Source: a virus
IMG/VR virus record: IMGVR_UViG_3300045988_057782
Location: 1 to 37,425 of that record
DNA: 37,425 nt
Strand: one strand, 5' to 3'
Under the pieces are notes generated by a model. The model made no database searches, was not told the DNA's origin, and saw only the letters and a program-made list of their open reading frames with translations. Numbering within the stretch: position 1 is the first letter of the stretch; each line of letters starts with the position of its first letter. This document shows, piece by piece, positions 8,518 through 17,126 of the stretch. A program made the position numbers and the translations under genes.

Positions 8518-8618
8518 TGTTATACCTCCATTTGCTGTGGTATAATTAACAGGTAGGGAAAAGTGTTATTTTATACCACTTTATTAGGGGATGTGCTTGT
8601 CACGTCCTCTATTTTTGT

Positions 8619-8930
8619 TTACTTTTCAATTAATTTTTCTAAGTTTTTATTTAGTCTGTCTAATTGTTTGACGATTAAAAAGTTTTGGTCAATGATTACA
8701 CTGTTTTGATGGTCCATGTGACTTAGATAATCTGTTTCACTAGCTGACAACATAGTGCCAAGATGGAAAAAGGCATCACCATCAGATGCTTTTGCAAGGT
8801 TTAAAAGATTGTCTTTGTCCTCATTGTTTAAATCTTCTAAGCCATAATATTTCATAAAACTTTCTAGTTTTTCAATGTCTTTTTGTTGTTTTTCTAATTC
8901 TTTTTCTTCACTGTTTTTAAATAGTCCCAT
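8619..8930 (-). CDS. Hypothetical cytoplasmic protein, last gene of the lysogeny operon
   Basis: RBS GAGGT. Same strand as repressor, ImmA and lipoprotein with short gaps between them. Confidence 0.6.
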   Translation of the reverse strand: MGLFKNSEEKELEKQQKDIEKLESFMKYYGLEDLNNEDKDNLLNLAKASDGDAFFHLGTMLSASETDYLSHMDHQNSVIIDQNFLIVKQLDRLNKNLEKLIEK

Positions 8931-8948
8931 AGTATACCTCGTTAAATA

Positions 8949-9389
8949 TTAATCTTCTAGGTTATCGTATTCGTACTCACTTTCTGGGTTGATAGTTTCA
9001 AAATTTAAAACTGTATATTGTTGTGGATTGTCTAAATTATCAACATCGGCAATAATTTGGTATTTATAAGAATTACCATCTATTTCAATGTCACCAGTTG
9101 CAAGTATTGTATTTTCATGTGTTTGACCATCTAATGATTTTAAAACTTCATCTGTATGGATAGCTGTAAAATCATGTGCTTTTATTTTAACTTTGGTTGC
9201 TCCAAACTTTTCTTTTACAAATTTTTCAGAGATTGTCATCATAAAAGCTCTATAATCGTTTTCTTTAGTTTCTTCTTGTGCAGTTTTATTTGTGTTAGTG
9301 TTGGCTGCATCTTCTTTTTTGCCACAAGCTGGTAGAAACATCGTACATGCTAAAAGTCCAGCAGTGATCTTTAAAGTTTTTAATTTCAT
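8949..9389 (-). CDS. Lipoprotein; candidate superinfection-exclusion (Ltp/Sie-like) protein
   Basis: Signal peptide with lipobox-like LPAC and Cys at +1 after cleavage. RBS AGGAGAG. Sits between ImmA and the integrase. Confidence 0.7.
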   Translation of the reverse strand: MKLKTLKITAGLLACTMFLPACGKKEDAANTNTNKTAQEETKENDYRAFMMTISEKFVKEKFGATKVKIKAHDFTAIHTDEVLKSLDGQTHENTILATGDIEIDGNSYKYQIIADVDNLDNPQQYTVLNFETINPESEYEYDNLED

Positions 9390-9409
9390 TTTTATCTCTC
9401 CTAACTTTA

Positions 9410-9949
9410 TTAAATTATAACTTTATTAAGCATTTCAATATCATTATTAAGTTTATTCCACCTTACCTGCAAGGCTTTATTACTTACTCCGTATCTTGAG
9501 CCTTCTACATAAGGTCGTCTGTTAAGATCTCTAAGATGCTTAAATTCTTTAGCAGGCATCAAAATATTTCCGGCAAATGTATCTGCTTGCCTTTCCCAGA
9601 TAGTGTTTTTATTTTTTGAACTCATAAGAATTTTTTGTGGCAATAGAAAATGATGAAGCAATTCTATATGCCCAATTTCATGAGATATTGTAAAATTTAT
9701 TCTAGGTTCATATCTAAGAGGGTTGTAAAAAATTGAGTATTCGTTATTTTCATAGATACTGAACCCGTCTTCACTAATCTTATACAATTCCACAAATCTT
9801 TCATCTTGAAATCCATCACTAGTATAAGGAATTAAATGCCAGCCCATACTTCGACAATATGCAAATGGATCAAAGTAATCAGTTATATTATTATCTTTTA
9901 AAAATTCAGAAATCCTTTTATACAAGTAGTAATCACTAGACCATTCCAA
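9410..9949 (-). CDS. ImmA/IrrE-family zinc metallopeptidase (anti-repressor protease)
   Basis: HEIGH zinc-binding motif (TISHEIGHIELLHH). Immediately downstream of the XRE repressor. Confidence 0.8.
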   Translation of the reverse strand: MEWSSDYYLYKRISEFLKDNNITDYFDPFAYCRSMGWHLIPYTSDGFQDERFVELYKISEDGFSIYENNEYSIFYNPLRYEPRINFTISHEIGHIELLHHFLLPQKILMSSKNKNTIWERQADTFAGNILMPAKEFKHLRDLNRRPYVEGSRYGVSNKALQVRWNKLNNDIEMLNKVII

Positions 9950-9963
9950 ATAACCACTTCCTT

Positions 9964-10269
9964 TTAATTTTTTTCTTTAAACTCTTTAATCATATTTCTA
10001 ATAAGAGCAACTTGACTTTCTGTTAGTCCACTTGCTTCACGAGCAATGATTTTACTTTGAGTATCCTCTTCGTTACCAGTAACTAAATAATCCATAGTAG
10101 TTCCTAATTCTTTAGCAACTTTTTGGAGTTTGTCAGCTGAAGGAATTGATTTTTGCCATCTTGAAATAGTTGCGTTGCTGACGCCAACTCTTCTTTCAAG
10201 TTCAGCCACTGTTATTCCTTTCTCTGAGATTAGTTTTTGTATCCTTTCATACATCTCATAACTATTCAT
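9964..10269 (-). CDS. XRE-family HTH repressor (ImmR/CI-like)
   Basis: HTH_3 signature ISEKGITVAELERRVGVSNATISRWQ. Divergent from the early lytic genes. Confidence 0.8.
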   Translation of the reverse strand: MNSYEMYERIQKLISEKGITVAELERRVGVSNATISRWQKSIPSADKLQKVAKELGTTMDYLVTGNEEDTQSKIIAREASGLTESQVALIRNMIKEFKEKN

Positions 10270-10310
10270 TTTTACACACCTTTCAAAGGTGCTAAAAAAT
10301 ATCAGTATAT

Positions 10311-10353
10311 TAGATTAAAATCTATTGACAATTAGATTTAAATCTAATATACT
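10311..10353. promoter_or_regulatory. Genetic switch with rightward promoter and operators
   Basis: TTGACA at 10325-10330 and TATACT at 10348-10353 with a 17-bp spacer. Operator palindromes TAGATTAAAATCTA at 10311-10324 and TAGATTTAAATCTA at 10333-10346. Further AAATCTA half-sites lie near 10470-10499. Confidence 0.5.
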
Positions 10354-10523
10354 TAATTTAAGCTAAAGATTTAAGCATAAATTTAGCACCTAAATTTAAT
10401 AAAAATAATTTAAAAGATTAAGATTTCCAAGCATTAATCAGTGTTATTTTTATGCTTAAATATTAGCATAAAATCTAATAAAATGCAAGATAAAATCTAA
10501 AACTTGTGAAGGTAGGTGAGAAT

Positions 10524-10706
10524 ATGACATTTAACTACTTAACGCTAGAAGAAAAGATACTCGTAGCTATGAAAAGAAAAGGCTATACGTATCAAAAGTT
10601 AGCTGACGAGATGGGAATTAGCTTGGGATATGTATATGACATTGTAAAAGGCAAGAGAACGAATAACGAACGAATAGAGCAAATATTAAAGATTTTAGAG
10701 ATTTAG
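10524..10706 (+). CDS. Small HTH DNA-binding protein, first rightward gene
   Basis: YQKLADEMGISLGYVYDIV is a helix-turn-helix. ATG at 10524 is preferred over the GTG at 10506. Confidence 0.55.
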   Translation: MTFNYLTLEEKILVAMKRKGYTYQKLADEMGISLGYVYDIVKGKRTNNERIEQILKILEI

Positions 10707-10797
10707 CAAAAAAAGAAGAAAGGTTCCAGTAATGGAAAAAATATCAAGAGAAATAAAAAAAGCTCCGTATTATTGCGAGTAATACAGAGCAAGATGT

Positions 10798-11055
10798 TTA
10801 CTGATTCGATTCTTCTGAAAAATTAGCATTGTTAACAAAAAGTTCTAACAGTGTAAAGTAGACAAAATCAATTGTGAAATCTGTTGATAAATGTAACATA
10901 GCCATAGTTAGACCTTCTTGATCAATTTTTGAAGGGTCAGATTTGTCGGCATATATTTTTAGAGCTTTTTCTATTCGTTCTTTTGTAAAGTAGTTTTCTA
11001 TATTTATAGAATTGACAACATCTCTGATTTCGTCTTTGGTAAATTGACAAGCCAT
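10798..11055 (-). CDS. Hypothetical 85-aa protein on the lysogenic strand, embedded between early rightward genes
   Basis: Strong RBS AAGGAGGTG 7 nt upstream of the minus-strand ATG (complement of 11053-11055). The track's longer ORF starts at 11145. Confidence 0.5.
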   Translation of the reverse strand: MACQFTKDEIRDVVNSINIENYFTKERIEKALKIYADKSDPSKIDQEGLTMAMLHLSTDFTIDFVYFTLLELFVNNANFSEESNQ

Positions 11056-11081
11056 GATTTGCACCTCCTTTATTAAAAAAA

Positions 11082-11112
11082 TATCAACAACAATATGTAG
11101 TCTTGTTGATAA
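11082..11112. promoter_or_regulatory. Perfect 9-bp inverted repeat TATCAACAA-N13-TTGTTGATA in a divergent intergenic region (candidate operator)
   Basis: Arms at 11082-11090 and 11104-11112, read directly from the sequence. Confidence 0.45.
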
Positions 11113-11156
11113 GTTAATTATACGACATACAGTATTTAAAAACAAGAGGAGAGACT

Positions 11157-11339
11157 ATGAAAAAATTAAAAGAAATTAGAGAAAATGCAGGTTTAACGCA
11201 AAAACAATTAGCAAGTTTAGTAGGAATCGGTAAATCAAGATACGGACATTATGAAATTGGAAGAAGACAGTTACCAGTTAGCATAGCTAAGAAGATAGGA
11301 AAGGCCTTAGAAATTAACTGGTGGGACATATACGAGTAA
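11157..11339 (+). CDS. XRE-family HTH protein (Cro-like)
   Basis: LTQKQLASLVGIGKSRYGHYEIGRR is an HTH_3 motif. RBS AGGAG. Confidence 0.75.
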   Translation: MKKLKEIRENAGLTQKQLASLVGIGKSRYGHYEIGRRQLPVSIAKKIGKALEINWWDIYE

Positions 11340-11352
11340 GAAAGGAGTAAAA

Positions 11353-11562
11353 ATGGAAGTTTTAATAAGCATCTTAACTTCGGTATGCGTATGCAGTGTG
11401 TTTATGTACTGGTACGAAAAAAAGCTAGACATAGAAATCAAAACTTTAATGGAAGAAATGAAGAGAATTACTATCGAAGCTTTCAAACAAGTTAATACAC
11501 AAAATATAAATGAGATCTTAGATAGATTTGAAAAAATTACAAATAAAAAGGAGCAGAAATGA
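11353..11562 (+). CDS. Small protein with an N-terminal TM helix
   Basis: Hydrophobic N-terminus. ATGA overlap with the next gene. Confidence 0.45.
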   Translation: MEVLISILTSVCVCSVFMYWYEKKLDIEIKTLMEEMKRITIEAFKQVNTQNINEILDRFEKITNKKEQK

Positions 11563-12323
11563 ATGATTTAAAAGTTTTTGAAAATCAAGAATTTGGTCAG
11601 GTAAGAACATCGATTATAAACAATGAACCTTATTTTAATTTAACTGATGTATGCAGAATTTTAGAGATAAGAAATCCTAGTGATGCAAAATCAAGATTAA
11701 AAAAAGATGGGGTCGGTACTACCGAGGTCATCGATAACATTGGAAGAAAACAACAAGCTAATTTTATTAATGAGTCAAACCTTTATAAGCTAGTTTTCCA
11801 AAGCCGAAAACCAGAAGCGGAAAGATTTGCCGACTGGGTGACATCTGAAGTCTTACCAAGCATAAGAAAACACGGAGCATATATGACAGAAAGTGTCATT
11901 GAAAGGACTCTTACAGATCCTGACTATCTGATACAACTTGCAACAACTCTCAAAGAGGAGAAGCAAAGAAGAATTGTAGCTGAAGAAGAAAATGAGAGAA
12001 ATAGACCTAAAGTTTTATTTTCCGATTCTTGCGAAGTGGCAGAAAACTCAATCCTTATAGGCGAATTTGCTAAGAGATTAAAACAAAATGGATTGCCAAA
12101 TATGGGACAAAACAGACTATTTGCACTACTAAGAGACCAAGGCTATCTCTGCAAGGGTGGAGAAAGAAGAAATCAACCTACGCAAAGGTCCATGGAACAA
12201 GGACTTTTTGAAACCAAGGTAAGGGTAATCAACAATCCAGATGGCAGTACAAGAACAACTACAACTACAAAAATGACTGGTAAGGGACAAATTTACTTTA
12301 CTAACAAGTTTTTAGGTGGGTGA
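11559..12323 (+). CDS. Phage antirepressor (Bro-N/AntA N-terminal domain plus KilAC-type C-terminal domain)
   Basis: The N-terminus FENQEFGQVRT...PYFNLTDVCRILE is typical of Bro-N. Confidence 0.75.
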   Translation: MNDLKVFENQEFGQVRTSIINNEPYFNLTDVCRILEIRNPSDAKSRLKKDGVGTTEVIDNIGRKQQANFINESNLYKLVFQSRKPEAERFADWVTSEVLPSIRKHGAYMTESVIERTLTDPDYLIQLATTLKEEKQRRIVAEEENERNRPKVLFSDSCEVAENSILIGEFAKRLKQNGLPNMGQNRLFALLRDQGYLCKGGERRNQPTQRSMEQGLFETKVRVINNPDGSTRTTTTTKMTGKGQIYFTNKFLGG

Positions 12324-12324
12324 C

Positions 12325-12483
12325 ATGAAAATAACTATGGACAAGAAAACATTGGAAGTCAAAAAAATCGAAGAAGATAAATCAGAAGAAATAAATGTAA
12401 TGCCCGAATTAGGAAGAATACTTGCTAGAGCGTTTTTAAAGGATTTTGAAAAAGAAAATGAAAGAGATAATCAAGCAGTTTAA
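12325..12483 (+). CDS. Possible small ORF, 52 aa, overlapping the start of the next gene
   Basis: GGTGGGTG RBS right after the antirepressor stop. Weak support. Confidence 0.25.
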   Translation: MKITMDKKTLEVKKIEEDKSEEINVMPELGRILARAFLKDFEKENERDNQAV

Positions 12484-13108
12484 GGAGTTAGCATCTACTA
12501 GAGATTTATGGCAAGTCTATAAAGGCTTTTTAGAGTTGGTGGCAATATCAATCAGTAATGCCTGTGACAAAGACCAAGCATTAGAAAGAGAAAAAAGGTA
12601 TCTCGACATCATAAAGACTTACAGTCCAGAGCAAATCTGGAAAATATCCGACATCATGGGCCTTGTAGTCCTGGAACTATCAAAAGAGCCGCAAGACGTA
12701 CTTGGCAAGATATTTATGGAGTTAGAACTGGGAAATAAGTGGACAGGTCAGGTCTTTACACCTTTAAATCTTGCAGATTTGTTGGCAACAATAGCCTTTG
12801 ACGACAAAGAAATAAAAGAAAAAGGTTACATGACAGCGACTGACCCAGCAGTTGGTGGTGGAGTGACAATAATTGGTCTTGTAAGAGCCATGATAGAGCA
12901 AGGCTACAATCCACAAAAACAATTACTTGTTATATGCGGAGACTTAGACATCAAGGCAGTCCACATGACTTATATACAACTTAGCTTGTTAGGGATCCCT
13001 GCAATAGTTAAAAATCAAGATGCTTTAACTTTAGAGACTATGTCAGTTTGGTACACACCGACTTACATTTGGGATTTATGGAGGTTTAAACATGATAAAA
13101 GTCAATAA
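12446..13108 (+). CDS. N6-adenine DNA methyltransferase-like protein: AdoMet-binding N-terminal half only, no NPPF/NPPY catalytic motif
   Basis: GQVFTP and DPAVGGG motifs match HsdM motifs X and I. The ORF stops where the catalytic motif should begin. The start codon is uncertain (TTG 12446 or ATG 12458). Confidence 0.55.
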   Translation: MKKKMKEIIKQFKELASTRDLWQVYKGFLELVAISISNACDKDQALEREKRYLDIIKTYSPEQIWKISDIMGLVVLELSKEPQDVLGKIFMELELGNKWTGQVFTPLNLADLLATIAFDDKEIKEKGYMTATDPAVGGGVTIIGLVRAMIEQGYNPQKQLLVICGDLDIKAVHMTYIQLSLLGIPAIVKNQDALTLETMSVWYTPTYIWDLWRFKHDKSQ

Positions 13109-13261
13109 ATTTAATTTATTTTTATTAATTAGAAGATTTATAGGGATATTGATCCTTGCGAAAGCCTTATACTTTATAAGTTTGTTTTCTTTTAAATTTA
13201 TATTTTGGTTTTTATACGCAGGTGTAGAAGTTATTGATAGCTTTTTCAAGTTTTTGGTGTC

Positions 13262-13465
13262 ATGAAAATTTATATGGCAGTTACAGTTGATAAGTATGAG
13301 TTTCCACTTTATATAGCAGATACTGCTACGGAGTTAGCAAAAATCATGGGGATCTCACGACAAGTTATCTATGATGGGATTTCTAAAAAACACAACGGAA
13401 GATATAAAGGCATAAAGTTTGTAAAAGTAGAAATAGATAAGGAGGGGAAAATTGAAAGCAAATAG
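13262..13465 (+). CDS. Small putative HTH protein
   Basis: TATELAKIMGISRQVIYDGI is an HTH-like segment. Confidence 0.5.
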   Translation: MKIYMAVTVDKYEFPLYIADTATELAKIMGISRQVIYDGISKKHNGRYKGIKFVKVEIDKEGKIESK

Positions 13466-13667
13466 AAAAACTGCTACAGGAATTTTAAGAGCATATTTTG
13501 AGAAAAATAATATAGCCGATGGAGAAGATTTTGAAATACAAGACTATAGGAAGTTCCTGGCAGATGAAAAGGAAGCTTATCGCAGACAGTATAGAATTAA
13601 TGATGTTTTCCAAGATTATGGAAGATTTTCAAAATATGTAAAAAACAAGTATTTAAAGAGGAAGTAA
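13452..13667 (+). CDS. Hypothetical protein
   Basis: ORF with an RBS GGAGG. Overlaps the previous gene. Confidence 0.5.
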   Translation: MKANRKTATGILRAYFEKNNIADGEDFEIQDYRKFLADEKEAYRRQYRINDVFQDYGRFSKYVKNKYLKRK

Positions 13668-13669
13668 GA

Positions 13670-13771
13670 ATGAAAAAGAGCAAGAAAAAAGTCCAGGCAC
13701 CGACCGAAGCACAAGGACTTAAAATATATAAATATTTGCTCTTAGTATATCACAAGGAGTTAGAAAAATGA
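13670..13771 (+). CDS. Possible 33-aa basic peptide; not in the ORF track
   Basis: RBS AGAGGAAG. ATGA overlap with the next gene. Confidence 0.3.
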   Translation: MKKSKKKVQAPTEAQGLKIYKYLLLVYHKELEK

Positions 13772-14061
13772 AAAAAATTGAATGTTACGAAACTGAAGAC
13801 GGAAGATTATTTACAACTTACGAAGAGGCCTTGATGCATGAGAAAGAGGAAGAGGTTAAGAGTGACTTAGGCTCAATCTTAAAAACTTGCATCAAACAAG
13901 GCGATTTAATGGACCAATATGTAGGGGATAAAAAACTTTGCACAGACTACGAAGATGCACGAGCTTTTAAAATTTTCCTAGTAGCTTATATGACAGAAAT
14001 TATGTTAAAAGACTTTGCAGCCTTTAAATCCCTATTTGACGGAGGTTTATCATGCAAATAA
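13768..14061 (+). CDS. Hypothetical protein
   Basis: RBS AAGGAG. Overlaps the start of the next gene. Confidence 0.55.
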   Translation: MKKIECYETEDGRLFTTYEEALMHEKEEEVKSDLGSILKTCIKQGDLMDQYVGDKKLCTDYEDARAFKIFLVAYMTEIMLKDFAAFKSLFDGGLSCK

Positions 14062-15854
14062 AAATTAAAACTTTAAAGCTTGATAACTTCAAGGGAATCA
14101 AGGACTTAACAATAGATTTTAAAGACACAACTAATATTTGTGGGGACAATGCAGTAGGTAAAACTACAATCTTTGATGCCTATTCCTGGCTTTTATGGGA
14201 CAAGGACAGTTTAAATCGCAAGGACTTTGCTATAAAGCCCTATGACAAAGATGGAGAGGAAGTCCACAACTTAGAATCCATAGTTGAGGGAGATTTTGTC
14301 TTTGGGGACACAGATCTTAACCTTAAGAAAATCTATAAAGAAGTCTGGACTAAGAAGCGTGGATCTACACAAGCAGAATTTACTGGACACACTACTGACT
14401 ACTATATCAACGCTGTCCCTGTTAAGAAAAAAGAGTACAACGAAAGAATTGAAAGCGTCTTGTCTGAAGATAACTTTAACTTGCTTTCAAATCCACTATA
14501 TTTTAATCAGTTTTTGGTAAAGACAGAAAGAAGAGAAATACTTTTAAGCCTTATTGAAGAAGTTAAGCCAGAAGATATTATCGCTAAAAACAAAGACTTA
14601 GAAGACTTAGACCTTGAAAATTATACAGTTGATGAACTAAAGAAAATAGCCAAGGATTCTGCCAAGAAAATAAACAAGGACATCGAATCTATACCAGCAA
14701 GGATTGACGAATTAGACAAGTCAAAGATCCACGATATAGATTTTGATGCTTTAGAGTTCAGGAAGAGAAGCACACTTCCAGCTCTAAAGGAAATTGATGA
14801 AAAGCTAGCTGATGCATCGAAGATGGCAGAGGGAATGACTGAGATAACAGAAAAAATTACTGCACTACAAAAAGAAAAGTCTGACCTAACAGAAAAATAC
14901 CAGGAAGAACTTTTAAAGGTTAAAAACAAAAATAATGAATTAAAAATACAGAAAGAAAAAGACAATGAGATAGGTTTAAGAACAAGAGAGGATATACCAA
15001 GGATTGAAAATGAAATAGAAACCTTTAGGGATGAATGGCAAGAAGTCCACAAAGAACAGTATCAAGGAGACTTCAAGTGTCCAACTTGCGGTCAAGACTT
15101 ATTACCAGACCAAATAGAGAAGACAATGGCCAACTTCAACAGGAAAAAGTCTGAAAAATTAGCAGAAATAGAAAAGTATGCAGGACAATTGAAGTTAGAC
15201 TTGCAGCATGCAAATGAAGTAATAAGTGAGTTGTCAAATAAAAAATATGAATATCAAGACCTGCCAATGGAACCTATTAGACTACAAGAAATTGACAAGG
15301 AACTTGATGAGGCTAAGGCAAAATTAAGTGATTTTTCTATAGATAATAAAAAGGACTTACTAGAAAAGAAAGACTCCTTAAACGCAGATTTAGAAGAAAT
15401 AAATAAAAAGTTATCCCTACAAGGACAAAATGAAAAAATTGACGAGAGAATAAAGGAACTTGAAGGACAAGAAAAAGAGCTTGCTAAGGCTTATGAAGAG
15501 CAACAAAGAATTATTTACCTTTGCGAGGAATATACAAAGGCTTATGTGAACCTTGTAAGTGACAAGATAAATGACAGTTTTGACTTGGTTAAATTTAAGT
15601 TATTTGAAAACCAAATAAATGGCGGAATAACAGAAACCTGTGAAGCTACCTTTAAAGGTGTCCCTTATAGCGATTTAAACAATGCAGCAAAGATAAATGC
15701 AGGCCTTGATGTAATAAATAGCTTGTCAGACAAGCTTGATTTAAAAGTGCCAATATTTATAGACAACGCAGAGTCAGTAAACGAGTTAATTAAAACAGAT
15801 ACGCAGTTAGTAAGGTTAGTAGTTAGTAAGGATAAGGAGCTTAAAATTGATTAA
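14052..15854 (+). CDS. AAA-family ATPase with long coiled coil (SbcC/RecF-like, recombination-associated)
   Basis: Walker A GDNAVGKTT at the N-terminus, an extended coiled coil and a C-terminal ABC-signature-like region. Confidence 0.75.
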   Translation: MQIKIKTLKLDNFKGIKDLTIDFKDTTNICGDNAVGKTTIFDAYSWLLWDKDSLNRKDFAIKPYDKDGEEVHNLESIVEGDFVFGDTDLNLKKIYKEVWTKKRGSTQAEFTGHTTDYYINAVPVKKKEYNERIESVLSEDNFNLLSNPLYFNQFLVKTERREILLSLIEEVKPEDIIAKNKDLEDLDLENYTVDELKKIAKDSAKKINKDIESIPARIDELDKSKIHDIDFDALEFRKRSTLPALKEIDEKLADASKMAEGMTEITEKITALQKEKSDLTEKYQEELLKVKNKNNELKIQKEKDNEIGLRTREDIPRIENEIETFRDEWQEVHKEQYQGDFKCPTCGQDLLPDQIEKTMANFNRKKSEKLAEIEKYAGQLKLDLQHANEVISELSNKKYEYQDLPMEPIRLQEIDKELDEAKAKLSDFSIDNKKDLLEKKDSLNADLEEINKKLSLQGQNEKIDERIKELEGQEKELAKAYEEQQRIIYLCEEYTKAYVNLVSDKINDSFDLVKFKLFENQINGGITETCEATFKGVPYSDLNNAAKINAGLDVINSLSDKLDLKVPIFIDNAESVNELIKTDTQLVRLVVSKDKELKID

Positions 15855-16026
15855 GGTTTTAGATGCCTGGTGGTATGGAACCATCGGAATTGTAAAAGTC
15901 TTTAATGGCTTTGAAGTTAAATATTACATCGGCACAGGCTATGGCCAAGACGAAAAAGAAGATATAGACAAAATTTTAAAGCGTGGAAGCAGGTTTTACC
16001 CAGAGGTTTTTGAGGTGGAAGAATGA
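15847..16026 (+). CDS. Possible 59-aa protein with a TTG start, translationally coupled on both sides; not in the ORF track
   Basis: Open frame fills the gap exactly between the AAA gene and the 16023 gene, overlapping both. Confidence 0.35.
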   Translation: MIKVLDAWWYGTIGIVKVFNGFEVKYYIGTGYGQDEKEDIDKILKRGSRFYPEVFEVEE

Positions 16027-16367
16027 GAGTATTTAGTTTACAAGATGAAAAATTTGAAGAGATGCAGATGAGTTTAAACGCATCAATTGTCCATGTAGCC
16101 AAGAAAATAGCGGCTGGAGAATTTGAACAAGGCGACATAACTCTTAAGTTAAAAATTGGAACAGTTTACGAACATAAGGAAGAAACAGTTTATAAGATGC
16201 CAGCTTTTAATTACAAGATAGGCACTAACCTACAAAAGAAATCAAGTTTAGACGGTGGCGATGCATACCAAGGTATGGAATTTAAACTTGATGATGGTGT
16301 CGTTGTTTTAACGAAAGTACAAAGCAATCAAATAGATATGTTAGATGAAGAGGACGAGGAAGAATGA
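16023..16367 (+). CDS. Hypothetical phage protein
   Basis: ORF with overlapping stop/start coupling. Confidence 0.55.
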   Translation: MRVFSLQDEKFEEMQMSLNASIVHVAKKIAAGEFEQGDITLKLKIGTVYEHKEETVYKMPAFNYKIGTNLQKKSSLDGGDAYQGMEFKLDDGVVVLTKVQSNQIDMLDEEDEEE

Positions 16368-16657
16368 AATTAACAAGAGAAAAATTATTACAATTAGGTT
16401 TTAAAAGAGAGAGCATACCAGAATTAGAAAACAAAGTAGGGTTAGTTTTGTATTTAAAGCAAGGCAAAGACAGGTTTTTACACAGATTGAGATGGCATGA
16501 AATAGATGAGCCAGAAAAGTTGTTGATAGATTGTTGTTATTTACGAGGTTGGGAAACTGTAGATGAAGAAGAATTTTTGGTGAATACAAATGGCTTATCA
16601 ACTAGTGCTATTGAACATTATAAAGAGATTTTAGAAAAATTAGGAGAAGAAGAATGA
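16364..16657 (+). CDS. Hypothetical phage protein
   Basis: ATGA coupling with neighbours. Confidence 0.55.
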   Translation: MKLTREKLLQLGFKRESIPELENKVGLVLYLKQGKDRFLHRLRWHEIDEPEKLLIDCCYLRGWETVDEEEFLVNTNGLSTSAIEHYKEILEKLGEEE

Positions 16658-16866
16658 AAAGATTAGAAACTATTGTTACTCTTGCCCAAGCGCCGACTGA
16701 TGTTGAGTTTACTTGCCCTTATTGCGAGTCAAATATTTCTGAGGACTTTGAAGAATTTTTAGACGAGCAAGGTTTATCTTGGAGCGACTTTCCTGACTGG
16801 GAATACGAGCCAATAAAATGTCCTTTTTGTGAAAATGAAATTGAAGTTTCTTATGAATTTGATTGA
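16654..16866 (+). CDS. Zinc-ribbon protein (CxxC...CxxC), acidic
   Basis: CPYCES...CPFCEN motifs. Confidence 0.55.
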   Translation: MKRLETIVTLAQAPTDVEFTCPYCESNISEDFEEFLDEQGLSWSDFPDWEYEPIKCPFCENEIEVSYEFD

Positions 16867-17126
16867 GAGGTATCGAAATGAGTGGAAAAGATATTCACGA
16901 AATAGACGAGGAATTATCTGAAGAATACCTTAAAGGATTCTTTGATGGGAAAGAATTTGAAAAATCTAAGCAAATAAAGCAAAGAACATTTTTTGCAAGT
17001 ATTTGCATATTAGCAGATAAGGCAAAAGAAGTAACAACACTAGCTGGTGATAAGTATAAGCAGGTTGTTTTGAACTTACCTAAAGAAGTTTTAGAAGAAT
17101 TAGAAGAATGGAGTAGAAAAGAATGA
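16863..17126 (+). CDS. Hypothetical protein
   Basis: Coupled ORF. Confidence 0.5.
   Translation: MRGIEMSGKDIHEIDEELSEEYLKGFFDGKEFEKSKQIKQRTFFASICILADKAKEVTTLAGDKYKQVVLNLPKEVLEELEEWSRKE

Noticed and set aside
10506-10523. Upstream GTG start (MKVGEN...) for the first rightward HTH gene
   Set aside because: ATG at 10524 has better spacing to an AGGT-type RBS. The GTG start would leave no RBS.
14284-15052. ORFs at 14284-14520 (+) and 14621-15052 (-) within the AAA ATPase gene
   Set aside because: Nested in or antisense to a gene with a clear Walker A motif and coiled coil. No independent signals.
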